From the NCBI GenBank assembly GCA_030615175.1, contig JAUWZX010000001.1, positions 282,029-346,028 of the forward strand: 64,000 nt of DNA, in the 5' to 3' direction. The stretch is from Candidatus Parvarchaeota archaeon (GTDB lineage: Archaea; Nanobdellota; Nanobdellia; WJKC01). Position numbers and translations under genes: made by a program. The notes below the pieces were generated by a model, which was given only the letters and a program-made list of their open reading frames with translations, was not told the DNA's origin and searched no databases. Below are positions 9,374-18,823 of the stretch, one piece after another; position 1 is the stretch's first letter; each line of letters begins with the position of its first letter.

Positions 9374-10686
9374 CTTACTTTTACCTTCTGGTGCCAATAT
9401 TCGCGCAGTCCGTATCCTATTTCACCAAGCGCTAGTAAATAATAGTAAAAAATGGCTGCTATGCCGTACTTAAGGAAGCTGCTAACCTGCTTTGATGTTT
9501 TAGTATTACTAGCTTTAGTATAGACTCCTTGAAGCAAGTTTGTGATGTTGTTAATGTCTGTGTAGTCCTTTATATCACTTGATGTGCTGTTTAATTCATT
9601 ATTTTCTAATAATGAATCTATTTGTAATGCATACTCTCTTGGGTCATCATTCTTTACTATTATTCCATTAACTCCGTGCTTGACAAAGTCAGTTGCTCCT
9701 GATTTTTTATTAATTATGACTGGCGTGTTATAAATTAAGGATTCGGCAACGCAATTATTAAAAGTGTCATAAATTGCTGGGCTTACAAAAACATCTGCTT
9801 TATTATAATAATCAATTAATTTTTTCTTACTAATGATCCCTGTGAATTTCACTTTGTCAGCAATATCTTCTTGTATTGCAAGTTTTTCAAGATGATTTCT
9901 TAATAGACCATCGCTTGTTATCACGCACTTAAAGTCATGCTTCACATGCTTTAATGCCTTTATTAGTACATCAACTTTTTTCTCAGGGCTTAACCTTCCA
10001 ACATGCAGTATTAATGGTTTCTTATTTTTCACTTTCTTTTTTACTTTTCTTGTTTCAATTGGGTTAGGGACAACAACTATTTTTTTATTGTTAATTCCCT
10101 TCTTGATTAAGATTTTTTTTGCAAACTTGCTTGGAGTAATCAGCCATGAACCTAGGTTATAGTATAAAAGCCACCACCATATTGCTTTGTCATTCATCCT
10201 TATCAATAATTTATCAATCCTTGTCCTTTCCATCACCCTTACCACTCTTATCTTTTCATGTGAATCCTTTGTCTTGTAATTTTCATTGTAGTATTCAATG
10301 AATGCCTGAGAGTATTGCGGGACTAGGGTGTGGAATGTCATGATTAATGGAATTTTTTTAACCCTGCTTAATAGTAAGGCACAGAAACCCATGCTTAAAT
10401 GAAGATGCGAGTGAATTACGTCAAATTTCTCTTTCTTAGCAATCTTAAAAATTTTCCTTATTGGTGAGGTGAACCTTATCCTATAATCCTTGTAAGTTTT
10501 GAGTTCTCTTGCCTTGAACTTGTGAATGAATACTCCATCAACCACTTCATTAGAATTAGTGTCTGATAAGGCGAATAAATGAACTTTATTACCCGCCTTT
10601 CTTAATCCCTTGGCTGTGCGCCATACAGCGTCCGCCACGCCGTTAGTGCATGGCTTAAAAGTGTCAGTAAAGATTGCTATGTTCAT
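9370..10686 (-). CDS. GT4 glycosyltransferase, resembling lipid (diacylglycerol-type) glycosyltransferases
   Basis: MNIAIFTDTFKPCTNGV N-terminus; TFHT; HVGRLSPEKKVD; hydrophobic C-terminal tail. Confidence 0.85.
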   Translation of the reverse strand: MNIAIFTDTFKPCTNGVADAVWRTAKGLRKAGNKVHLFALSDTNSNEVVDGVFIHKFKARELKTYKDYRIRFTSPIRKIFKIAKKEKFDVIHSHLHLSMGFCALLLSRVKKIPLIMTFHTLVPQYSQAFIEYYNENYKTKDSHEKIRVVRVMERTRIDKLLIRMNDKAIWWWLLYYNLGSWLITPSKFAKKILIKKGINNKKIVVVPNPIETRKVKKKVKNKKPLILHVGRLSPEKKVDVLIKALKHVKHDFKCVITSDGLLRNHLEKLAIQEDIADKVKFTGIISKKKLIDYYNKADVFVSPAIYDTFNNCVAESLIYNTPVIINKKSGATDFVKHGVNGIIVKNDDPREYALQIDSLLENNELNSTSSDIKDYTDINNITNLLQGVYTKASNTKTSKQVSSFLKYGIAAIFYYYLLALGEIGYGLREYWHQKVKVR

Positions 10687-10713
10687 TTAAAGGATTTCAA
10701 TTTTTAGAGGTTT

Positions 10714-12120
10714 TTAAAGATTGTCTTTCCCCTTTATAACATCCAAAAAATCCTTACGATTTGCATTTTTTATTTTAAAAATAAATGATAGCTCCCCAAG
10801 CCTCAATAGTTTGTAAAATACTCTTAAAAGTCTGCGGGGGTTTTTATAAAAAGATTTTACGAAATCATCCTGCACTTCCTTTAATTCCTTGTAAGTGAAA
10901 TTTGATAATTTCTTATTAGCAAAAACCATGTTTTGGTTTTCTTTTATTAATCCTTTTTTACAAGCATCATCCCATAATCTTGAACCTTTAATATAAATTA
11001 AAATCGAGGCTATTGCAATGTCTAGTTTTATGTCATTAACAAATTTTTTGTTGTTCTCAAAATGTTTTTTTGTTTCGATTGGTGCGCCAATAATGAAATA
11101 ACCAAATGTTAAAATACCCACCTTATTAGCAAGCCTGACTGCTTCTTTTATTTTTTCGACAGAGATTCTCTTGTTGTAGAAGTCAAGTACGTCTTGATTA
11201 GTGCTTTCAATACCGAACATTATCATAATAACTCCTGCCTTTCTTAACTTCTTGTATAATTCATAATCAGCTGAGTCAACTCTTCCTTGAATAATCATTT
11301 TAACATTTATTTTTTCTTTAATTATCCTGTCCATTATTTTAAGAGCCCTGCGTTTATTTAATAAAAAGTTATCATCACAGAAAACAATGTGCTTGTAACC
11401 TTTATTAAGGCTGCTTTTAATTTCTTCAATAACATTATCAACGCTTCTCTCTCTATACTTAATCCTCCCGCTGTGAGTGCAGTAATTGCAACTGAAAGGG
11501 CAGCCTCTTGAACTCATTATTGGAGCAAAAGGTATTTTAAAGCCAGCAAAGCTCCCATAATTTTTATTATCAATTAACTCCAATGCTGGGAACTTGCTTA
11601 AATCTAAATCTTCAACTTTCATGATTCCAGGATTCCTCACTACCCTGCCATTCTTCTTGTATATCAAGCCTGGAATGCCCTTTAATGATTTCTTAAATCT
11701 TATAGCATCCAGTATTCTCGTTATGTAAGCCTCTGCCTCACCAATAGCTGTTACGTGCGAACCATTGATGTATTCTTCACTCATATTGCAGTGAGGACCG
11801 CCGCACAAAATTATTGTATTATTATTAAACCTTTTAACATCATTTATGATTTTTTTAGCATTACTTAGCGAATCCGTATAACAAGATATTAAAATGAAAT
11901 CATTATCTTTAATTTGTTTAATGAATTTCTTCCTTTCGAATTTGTTAACATTCAAGTCAATGAACTTAACATTATAACCTGCACTTATTAATGGTGATGC
12001 TAAGTACATTAATCCTAAAGGAGGAGTAAGGCTTTCAGTTTCTTTCCATTTGTCACCAAAGGCGTAACCATTAAAAGAGGGCTGAATTAATAAAACATTC
12101 CTGCCTTTAGCGGAGTTCAT
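10714..12120 (-). CDS. B12-binding domain radical SAM protein
   Basis: PPLGLMYLA; GGPH; SRGCPFSCNYC; DDNF; FGIES. Confidence 0.92.
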   Translation of the reverse strand: MNSAKGRNVLLIQPSFNGYAFGDKWKETESLTPPLGLMYLASPLISAGYNVKFIDLNVNKFERKKFIKQIKDNDFILISCYTDSLSNAKKIINDVKRFNNNTIILCGGPHCNMSEEYINGSHVTAIGEAEAYITRILDAIRFKKSLKGIPGLIYKKNGRVVRNPGIMKVEDLDLSKFPALELIDNKNYGSFAGFKIPFAPIMSSRGCPFSCNYCTHSGRIKYRERSVDNVIEEIKSSLNKGYKHIVFCDDNFLLNKRRALKIMDRIIKEKINVKMIIQGRVDSADYELYKKLRKAGVIMIMFGIESTNQDVLDFYNKRISVEKIKEAVRLANKVGILTFGYFIIGAPIETKKHFENNKKFVNDIKLDIAIASILIYIKGSRLWDDACKKGLIKENQNMVFANKKLSNFTYKELKEVQDDFVKSFYKNPRRLLRVFYKLLRLGELSFIFKIKNANRKDFLDVIKGKDNL

Positions 12121-12140
12121 TGCATTCTTTAATAAAAAAC

Positions 12141-12593
12141 TTATATAAAAAGTATTATTAGGCCTATCATTAATATCACGCTTTCAATCAGTATTTCCTT
12201 GGTATTATAGAGCCAGTTCTTTATTGCTATTATTGGAGTGTCTTCCTTGAATTTTTTTGATTGTTTTGATTTTAATATGTAAAATTTCTTCCTGCTGAAT
12301 GGGTATAATAACATTATTCCCGGGTAACTTATTGAATCAATTATTAGGTGTGATAGTATTCCAAAACTTATTGGAGTCATGAATCCGTAAAAGAATGCTG
12401 GTATTATGAATGCTAGCAGGAATAATAGTGAGTGCGTTAGTTTCCTGTGATAATCATACCAGTGTCGTCCTGTCAGGCACATTAAGATATCAAGGTCTGG
12501 CAGCACGGCTCCAATAATTGTTAGTACTGGGTTTAATTTGAGCAGTCCTGCGGTTATTAGTGCTGCTCCTATGTGCCCGCAGAAGGTCATCAT
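12141..12593 (-). CDS. YdjM-like membrane metal-dependent hydrolase
   Basis: GH, LPDLD, HRKLTHS, SHLIID motifs. Confidence 0.85.
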   Translation of the reverse strand: MMTFCGHIGAALITAGLLKLNPVLTIIGAVLPDLDILMCLTGRHWYDYHRKLTHSLLFLLAFIIPAFFYGFMTPISFGILSHLIIDSISYPGIMLLYPFSRKKFYILKSKQSKKFKEDTPIIAIKNWLYNTKEILIESVILMIGLIILFI

Positions 12594-12662
12594 GATTAAC
12601 TTATTAGGATTTACGTATTCTTTTTATTGTTTTCTCTTTATTTAAGTTTGGATGTGTGTGAG

Positions 12663-12735
12663 CGCCTCGAGCAGGACTCGAACCTGCGACCACGTGGTTA
12701 ACAGCCACGCGCTCTACCTACTGAGCTACCGAGGC
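12663..12735 (-). tRNA. tRNA-Asn(GTT)
   Basis: Reverse complement GCCTCGGTAGCTCAGTAGGTAGAGCG-CGTGG-CTGTTAA-CCACG-TGGTCGCAGGTTCGAGTCCTGCTCGAGGCG. Confidence 0.95.
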
Positions 12736-12740
12736 ATTAA

Positions 12741-12859
12741 TAAGAATAAAATTTGGACTCATATTAAAAGTTTTTTGGTGTATAATGCTTTAGGGGGTTT
12801 CTCAAGGGGGCTTGCCCCCTGAGTTAAGAATAAAATTTGTATACTTATTAAAAGTTTTT
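12741..12859 (-). repeat. 35-bp imperfect direct repeat (12741..12775, 12825..12859) of the tRNA-Asn BRE/TATA region, enclosing a GC-rich hairpin (12801..12823)
   Basis: taagaataaaatttg-N6-tattaaaagttttt occurs twice; hairpin CTCAAGGGGGC-TT-GCCCCCTGAG lies between. Confidence 0.8.
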
Positions 12860-12880
12860 CTATTTATTTCCTTTGGACAC

Positions 12881-13978
12881 TTATTCAAGCCAGTCCTTCT
12901 CGCTTAATTTTTGAGGTAAGTAAGTTTTGGCAGCGAATTCCAAGCCTTTCTTGCTCAAAGCCTCTAATTCTAATTTAATGCCTTTCTTCATCATGTGCTT
13001 AATCTCTTTCTGCCATGACTTCTTTTGAAACCATGGGTACTCAAGAATCTGGCGGCAGCGAGTAATGTCAGTCTTATTAAGTTTAATAGTCACATTATTA
13101 GGGATGTCGAACTTTTCCTGGTCAAAACTGGATAAACCAATGAATTTAGCTTCAGGCACAGCCATACGCTTACTCTCGTACGCCAAATTAATACTGCCCT
13201 GCTTGTAAACTGAGTAAATATAGAAACCCCAAGGGTCATTATCAACGAATACGTAGACAGGCAGTTTTAATTCATGATTCAAACGCCATAATAAGCGTCT
13301 AACTCCTCGCGGAGCCATGCCCTGACCATGCATGAGTACGCAATTATTTTTTTTCCAGAACTTATCTTCATTAAGTCTCCGCCACATAGCATCCTTCTCA
13401 ACAACGAGTACGAACTTTGCATCAACATTCTTGAATTGAATGACTTCACTCTCAACAATTGATGGAATACCCCATCCACCAGAACCCATTTTACGCAAGT
13501 TAATTGTGTCACCTGAATCAACAATAGTGACATTACCAACCATTGAGCCCCTAGTGCTCGCGAATAAGTGAAGGTTCTCCCTTAAAACGTCAAGAGCGAC
13601 TTCTAAGTCTTCAATAATTGGATTGCTTTCATCCTGGTCTTCGAAAGTGTTCTCCTTACCAGTGCCTATTGTATGCTTGGTCATGTAGAATAAGTCCCTA
13701 ATACTCGTTGTCTTGCCGGACTTAATTAATTCCTTGCACTCTGATGCGAGGAGTAATGTCTGCATAAACTTCTTAGTGTGAGCAGAGTTAAAGTAAGTCC
13801 TTACCTGCTTCTTACTGCCAATTTTAAGTATCTGATTTTTCTTATCAAAAATAGTGTTAGACAAACTCCTTAAAGGAATCTTAATATCAGGACTTCTCAT
13901 TTTCTTAACCTGCTCAAGCACTTGCCTGCCGAAATCCTCTAACTTCACTATTTCCTCAGTTCTTTTCAATTTCTTCAT
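12881..13978 (-). CDS. top6A: DNA topoisomerase VI subunit A
   Basis: TSIRDLFYM catalytic Tyr; VVEKDA; TOPRIM VDNDPWG; KLELEAL. Confidence 0.96.
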   Translation of the reverse strand: MKKLKRTEEIVKLEDFGRQVLEQVKKMRSPDIKIPLRSLSNTIFDKKNQILKIGSKKQVRTYFNSAHTKKFMQTLLLASECKELIKSGKTTSIRDLFYMTKHTIGTGKENTFEDQDESNPIIEDLEVALDVLRENLHLFASTRGSMVGNVTIVDSGDTINLRKMGSGGWGIPSIVESEVIQFKNVDAKFVLVVEKDAMWRRLNEDKFWKKNNCVLMHGQGMAPRGVRRLLWRLNHELKLPVYVFVDNDPWGFYIYSVYKQGSINLAYESKRMAVPEAKFIGLSSFDQEKFDIPNNVTIKLNKTDITRCRQILEYPWFQKKSWQKEIKHMMKKGIKLELEALSKKGLEFAAKTYLPQKLSEKDWLE

Positions 13979-15657
13979 TATTCATCACCTTCTTTAATGA
14001 ATTCATCAATATTCTCGAATTCATCATTACTTTTACTCTTTTCCTCTTCACTCCCCCCTGCTTCTGCAAGTGAAGTTCCAGTATTGCTTTCAATTAATTT
14101 ATCAAATGATTTCCTAATCCCTTCCTCTTTCTCGCCTGTAAGAATTACTAGTGACTTAACTGATTCATTAGAGTATTTAATAAAGGTTGAAATCCTCTCC
14201 TGCTGCTTTAATGCCTTATGCTTTCTTGATAAGTAAATCCTTAAATCACGCGCGCAGTCCTGTAATGCTAATCGCATCTCTTTCATAATTGTATTATAAT
14301 GGGCAATAGCGCTCTTGCCTTCGGAAGTGTAAGGAATCCATGTTGAACCCATGTGGACTAGTATTATTGCAGGACCAGTCGGCATTCCCCTGCCACCAGT
14401 CTGGTTTAACCCGTAACGCCTCCAGTCAATGCCTGAAATGGCTTCAGTGATTGCGCAAGCCCCTGCATCATACTGTAGTGGCATCTTATTAGCGAAGCGG
14501 ATAATCTTAACTTGTTTGTCAGTACTCAGACTGCCTCCAAAAGCAATTGCTGCCTCTATTAAGAAAGGCCTGCCTTTGTAAACGCTTGGATTCCTGCTAA
14601 CAGTTGTTACGAATTCAGCATCAAGTCCTGTGCTTAAACTCTTCCTTAACGTATTACTCCCTATAGGGCTTAGGCAGTCAAGCGGCGGCGCCATGAATTT
14701 CGTGGCCTGCATTAATTTAACAATTTCTGCTGCTTGGTCCCTGCTAATCTTTCCTGGCATATGCCTGAGGTTAACCCCTACTTTATTAAGTATTTCCTTG
14801 GCAGTTCTTGAACTAACCCTTGAGAATTCCTGAGTCAGGAATGACTTTACGGTTTTGGACTTAGTTAATTTAGATATCCTAATTAAGTCTCCTACTTCAA
14901 TCCCATAAGGATGAGGCTTTATTGACTTTGATTCCTTTGGAACGCTCTCACTTGTTCTTGGGAAAATAATCTTCTTGCCTTCAGGGTCGATGAATGTAAT
15001 CCTGACGTGGGGGTTAACAATGCTGGTTCTTCTTAAATATTCATAAATGCTTTTCTCACCCTTGTTAAGATAAGTTCCTACTACTTCCATTTCTACCTGC
15101 GTTCCGTGGTCCCATTTAAATCTTTCCAGCATTCCACTATTAACTATTTCAGGGCGATTCTTAGAAGTGTCAATCCTTAAGTCATAAAAGTATGCTGGGC
15201 TCCGAAGACTTGTTTTTGAAACAACATGGGTTGCCTTGCCAGTTGTTAATTGAGAGTATAATACTGCTGCTGAAACGCCTATTCCTTGCTGCCCCCTGCC
15301 CTGTTTTTCTTTATAGAATTTTGAACCGTATAATAATCTTGTGAAGACATGGGGTATTTGGCCTTTAACGATTCCTGTGCCGTTATCAATAACTCTTACT
15401 ACATATCTTTCCCCTCCTATCTTCCTAACCCTGACATTGATTTCAGGCAGCACGTAGTCCTTTCCTTTCTTCTTGCTTTTATAAATCATTTCCTCACAAG
15501 CATCAATGCAGTTGTCAATTATTTCTTTAATGCACGTAAGCATTGCCTTAATTTTGGAATCGTATCCTAATAGGTGCCTGTTTCTTTCAAAGAATTCAGC
15601 AACGCTGGTTTGCTTCATTTCTTTTGCTAAATCTTCAGCAATTGTTCCATCCGTCAT
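13978..15657 (-). CDS. top6B: DNA topoisomerase VI subunit B
   Basis: SVAEFFERNRHLLGY; GHKL motifs EIIDNCIDA, DNGTG, RGQQGIG; RFANKMPL. Confidence 0.96.
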   Translation of the reverse strand: MTDGTIAEDLAKEMKQTSVAEFFERNRHLLGYDSKIKAMLTCIKEIIDNCIDACEEMIYKSKKKGKDYVLPEINVRVRKIGGERYVVRVIDNGTGIVKGQIPHVFTRLLYGSKFYKEKQGRGQQGIGVSAAVLYSQLTTGKATHVVSKTSLRSPAYFYDLRIDTSKNRPEIVNSGMLERFKWDHGTQVEMEVVGTYLNKGEKSIYEYLRRTSIVNPHVRITFIDPEGKKIIFPRTSESVPKESKSIKPHPYGIEVGDLIRISKLTKSKTVKSFLTQEFSRVSSRTAKEILNKVGVNLRHMPGKISRDQAAEIVKLMQATKFMAPPLDCLSPIGSNTLRKSLSTGLDAEFVTTVSRNPSVYKGRPFLIEAAIAFGGSLSTDKQVKIIRFANKMPLQYDAGACAITEAISGIDWRRYGLNQTGGRGMPTGPAIILVHMGSTWIPYTSEGKSAIAHYNTIMKEMRLALQDCARDLRIYLSRKHKALKQQERISTFIKYSNESVKSLVILTGEKEEGIRKSFDKLIESNTGTSLAEAGGSEEEKSKSNDEFENIDEFIKEGDE

Positions 15658-15768
15658 TAATTAGATAAATTATCAGGAACTTTTAAAGTTTATGGTAAAA
15701 AAGAATATATTAAAGTGAATATTTTATAAAAATACTCTTAAATTAAAATTATTTCTTTAAAAGATGCT

Positions 15769-16302
15769 TTAAAATGTTCTTAATTTCCTTTTCTTTAGTT
15801 TTTTAGCTTCCTTTTGAATGTAATTGTATGCTGTGTTGTGCTGAGCTCCATTTAAAAGTATTGCAACAGCATTACTTGCAATGTTTGCCCACTCATCTGA
15901 TCCTATAATACTTATTGTTTTGCCGTAAACGCTGACATGACATCCTGTCTCTTTTTCAATGAACTTTCTTGTCTTTCCTTCCTCGCCAATTATTCGCCCC
16001 TTGATGCGAACCTTGCCTTTCCTTGTTCTTTCAAAATCAGTTATGTCCATTATTTCAAGTTTGTAACCATCGTTAAGCAGTATTAACGCCTTTGACGGCT
16101 TAAAACCTCTTCCAATTGCCTTAATAATTAATTGAGTAATCCATGCCTTATAGGAGTCATCGCTGTTGATTGTTACTTCTTCTTCTTTAATAATTATTTT
16201 AGTGCTTGTTCTTTGCTCAATCATTTTTTTCATCTTCCCGCCCTCGCCTAGAAGCACTGCTACGCGTTCTTTTGGAATTAACACTTTATAACTAACTTTC
16301 AT
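15769..16302 (-). CDS. KH-domain rRNA processing protein (Dim2/Pno1/Krr1-like)
   Basis: IPKERVAVLLG; AIGRGF; RIKGRIIGEEGKTR; adjacent to RIO1. Confidence 0.92.
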   Translation of the reverse strand: MKVSYKVLIPKERVAVLLGEGGKMKKMIEQRTSTKIIIKEEEVTINSDDSYKAWITQLIIKAIGRGFKPSKALILLNDGYKLEIMDITDFERTRKGKVRIKGRIIGEEGKTRKFIEKETGCHVSVYGKTISIIGSDEWANIASNAVAILLNGAQHNTAYNYIQKEAKKLKKRKLRTF

Positions 16303-16999
16303 TTTTAACCCTTTCATACCATTTGATTAAGCTCTTATCATCTACTCCTAACTTATTAAACCAATTGCTTATTATCCTGACATCCCTTTCCAGTAATTTC
16401 ATGCTTAACGGATGTTCCTTTAATACTGCCTGGCTGATGTCAATTAATACTGGTTTTTCATTATAATTTATTAAGTTAAACTTGTTTAAGTCGCCGTGAA
16501 CTAAGTTAGCTTTGTTCCATAAGTTACGAACCCATTTGTATACTTCCCTGCGCCACGCTATAGGGTTTTTTGGAGGCAGCTTGTTGGCTGTTGGTGCTGG
16601 AATGTCATTTTCTCCTATGAACTCCATTACTAGTGCGTTCTTCTCTACTGCGATTGGTTTTGGAACCCTGACTCCTACCTTGCTTGCCCTTTCTAAATTC
16701 TTGTATTCCTTTTTCGCCCATGCGAATATCACATCACGCGGCCTGTTGCGCACGTGGTCAAATCTCGGGTCGCCATTAATGTATTTGTAAATATCCTTGT
16801 AAGCTCTGGCGACCATTCTGTATAATTTTATTGCAACTTTTCCCTCTCCTTTCTCTGCTAAATAAACATCTGCTTCCTTTCCTGTGGCTATTACGAATCT
16901 CAGCCTGTCAAAGTGCTTAGCGTATAACTTGTATAGAGCGCTCAGCGTTGTTTTGTCAAAAACTCCCTGCTCCACCTTCCATTCCTCGCGAGGCTTCAT
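16292..16999 (-). CDS. rio1: RIO1-family serine kinase
   Basis: ATGKEADVY; AWAKKEYKNL; LVHGDL; LIDISQAV. Confidence 0.93.
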   Translation of the reverse strand: MKPREEWKVEQGVFDKTTLSALYKLYAKHFDRLRFVIATGKEADVYLAEKGEGKVAIKLYRMVARAYKDIYKYINGDPRFDHVRNRPRDVIFAWAKKEYKNLERASKVGVRVPKPIAVEKNALVMEFIGENDIPAPTANKLPPKNPIAWRREVYKWVRNLWNKANLVHGDLNKFNLINYNEKPVLIDISQAVLKEHPLSMKLLERDVRIISNWFNKLGVDDKSLIKWYERVKNES

Positions 17000-17104
17000 A
17001 TGAATTTTTAAGAGTTTTAAGAATTAAAAATTATTGCCTTGATGATTATCCTCATTAACCTTCATATAACTAATATGAACAACCCAGGGCCCTATAAAAC
17101 ATTG

Positions 17105-17368
17105 TTAATACATTCTTATCCCATTTTTACTTCTTAACACTTTTTTATATAATATATCACAAACTTTTAAAAAACAAGGGTCTCCACATGGTTTAGAATA
17201 CTCATAAGGAACTTCATCAGGCATTTTACTCCAGTAAGTCTTTATAAATTCTTTACAGTCATTAATTGTTTTATGCAGAGTAATGCCATCAGGTCTTATA
17301 CCCCAACCTCTTTCACTTTCAATCCAGTCCTGCTTTACCATAATTTTTGATTCTAAATCATCTTCCAT
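17105..17368 (-). CDS. Hypothetical protein (WIESERGWG..PDG motif)
   Basis: 87-aa ORF with upstream AGGT RBS-like sequence; no recognised family. Confidence 0.6.
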   Translation of the reverse strand: MEDDLESKIMVKQDWIESERGWGIRPDGITLHKTINDCKEFIKTYWSKMPDEVPYEYSKPCGDPCFLKVCDILYKKVLRSKNGIRMY

Positions 17369-17419
17369 TTTTATTACCTACAATAATAAATTAGCACTGA
17401 GGTAATAAATATTTTAAAC

Positions 17420-17440
17420 TATTACAAAAAAATTGTAATA
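17420..17440. promoter_or_regulatory. Palindromic candidate operator TATTACAA-N5-TTGTAATA
   Basis: Perfect 8-bp inverted repeat just upstream of a TATA-like sequence and the AbrB/PhoU gene. Confidence 0.45.
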
Positions 17441-17479
17441 TGACAAACTATAAAAAGAGAATTTTAATAAAAAACCAGT

Positions 17480-18328
17480 ATGGAGAAGAAATTAACTGCG
17501 CAAGGACCGAGAGACAGGAAATCATACACTGTTACTCTCCCCAAGGAGTGGGTGAAAAAAGAGAAATTAGACGAGTTAAGGCTTGTAGAGCTTAAAGTAG
17601 TTGGAAATAAACTTGTTATTTCGCCTAGCAAGGAAATACAGGAAGAGGCTATTATTAATGCTGATGACTATAATAAGAGTTTAATTAAGGTTATCCCTGG
17701 ATTATACAGGTTAGGAATTAATAAAATCAGGATTAACTTACTTGATAATAATTTATTGGAAAAAATAATTGAGATTATAAATAAAAGATTAATTGGTTAC
17801 GAAATTATTGAACAAAGAAAGGATTTCATAATAGTAAAGGATATTACAAAGGAATCTGGGGAGGATTTCAAGACTATCTTAAGAAGAGTATTCCTTCTTT
17901 TATTAGAACTCTCAAATAGCGAAGACGCAGTTCAAGTAAGAACTCTTGACAAGAATATAAAGAGGCTGATTAATTACTGCCAGAGAATATTAATAAAAAA
18001 TGGGCATACTGAATTCTTAAGGACGCCCCTGTATTACTTATTGCTTGACCAGCTTGAAAAGATTGGTGATGAGTTAAAGTGGATTTTAAGCATTAAGAGG
18101 AGAAAGGAGATTCTAGACAAGATTACTAAGGTTTTCAGGCAGGGTTATGAAGTATTCTATAAGTTTGACCCTAAGAAATTTGATGAATACAGTAATAAGG
18201 CATATCAATTAAAAAATGAAATTAGGTTAGGTGATAAAATTAATACTGGTGATATGTATCTGCATAATCTTGCAAGATTGATTAATTCCTTATCAGGAAC
18301 CATGCTTATGATAAGATTTAATGATTAG
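17480..18328 (+). CDS. AbrB/MazE-N-terminal PhoU-like regulator
   Basis: SYTVTLPKEWV AbrB-like N-terminus; GYEIIEQ; LEKIGD PhoU-like motif. Confidence 0.8.
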   Translation: MEKKLTAQGPRDRKSYTVTLPKEWVKKEKLDELRLVELKVVGNKLVISPSKEIQEEAIINADDYNKSLIKVIPGLYRLGINKIRINLLDNNLLEKIIEIINKRLIGYEIIEQRKDFIIVKDITKESGEDFKTILRRVFLLLLELSNSEDAVQVRTLDKNIKRLINYCQRILIKNGHTEFLRTPLYYLLLDQLEKIGDELKWILSIKRRKEILDKITKVFRQGYEVFYKFDPKKFDEYSNKAYQLKNEIRLGDKINTGDMYLHNLARLINSLSGTMLMIRFND

Positions 18329-18823
18329 AATTCTTCCTCTAATAAAAATTATTGATTTCCCCATCTGTGTCTGTGCCTGCCGTGAACTCTTTTACTTCTA
18401 AGGTTTTTTTCAGGCACAACGTAAATGTTTTGAGCATCTTCTTCGCTTATGCCATACTTGTCTTTATAATTACTGTTTATTTTCATGCCTAGGGCAAGTC
18501 CTAGTTTTTCATCAATCCTTTCTATTATATACTCTTTTCCTTCAGTAATGTCTGATAATCGTATGTGAGCATATATTTTTTTCATAAGACCTCCTCCTAT
18601 TGCAAATTTAGAGCCTTTAATAAGTACTATGTATCCTAAACTTTTTAGTAATACTTCTACTTCAACATCTGGATACACGCCTAAGTTAGCAAGCCTTGTT
18701 TTTGCTTTTCTTCCTGCATCTACATGTATTACTACTGCTTTCCCAATTATTTCATCCAGCGTGCAAGTAAATTCATTTATTTTTTCCATTTTTGTTTTTT
18801 CCTTTTAGAATTCTTCCTCTAAT
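18325..18823. mobile_element. FeoA cassette bounded by 19-bp perfect direct repeats (18325..18343, 18805..18823)
   Basis: TTAGAATTCTTCCTCTAAT occurs twice; it is the 3' end of the aIF1A gene. Confidence 0.6.
18349..18789 (-). CDS. feoA: FeoA-domain protein (full plus degenerate FeoA, His/Arg-rich tail)
   Basis: RLANLGVYPDVEVEV...IKGSKFAIGGGLMKKIY FeoA signature. Confidence 0.75.
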   Translation of the reverse strand: MEKINEFTCTLDEIIGKAVVIHVDAGRKAKTRLANLGVYPDVEVEVLLKSLGYIVLIKGSKFAIGGGLMKKIYAHIRLSDITEGKEYIIERIDEKLGLALGMKINSNYKDKYGISEEDAQNIYVVPEKNLRSKRVHGRHRHRWGNQ

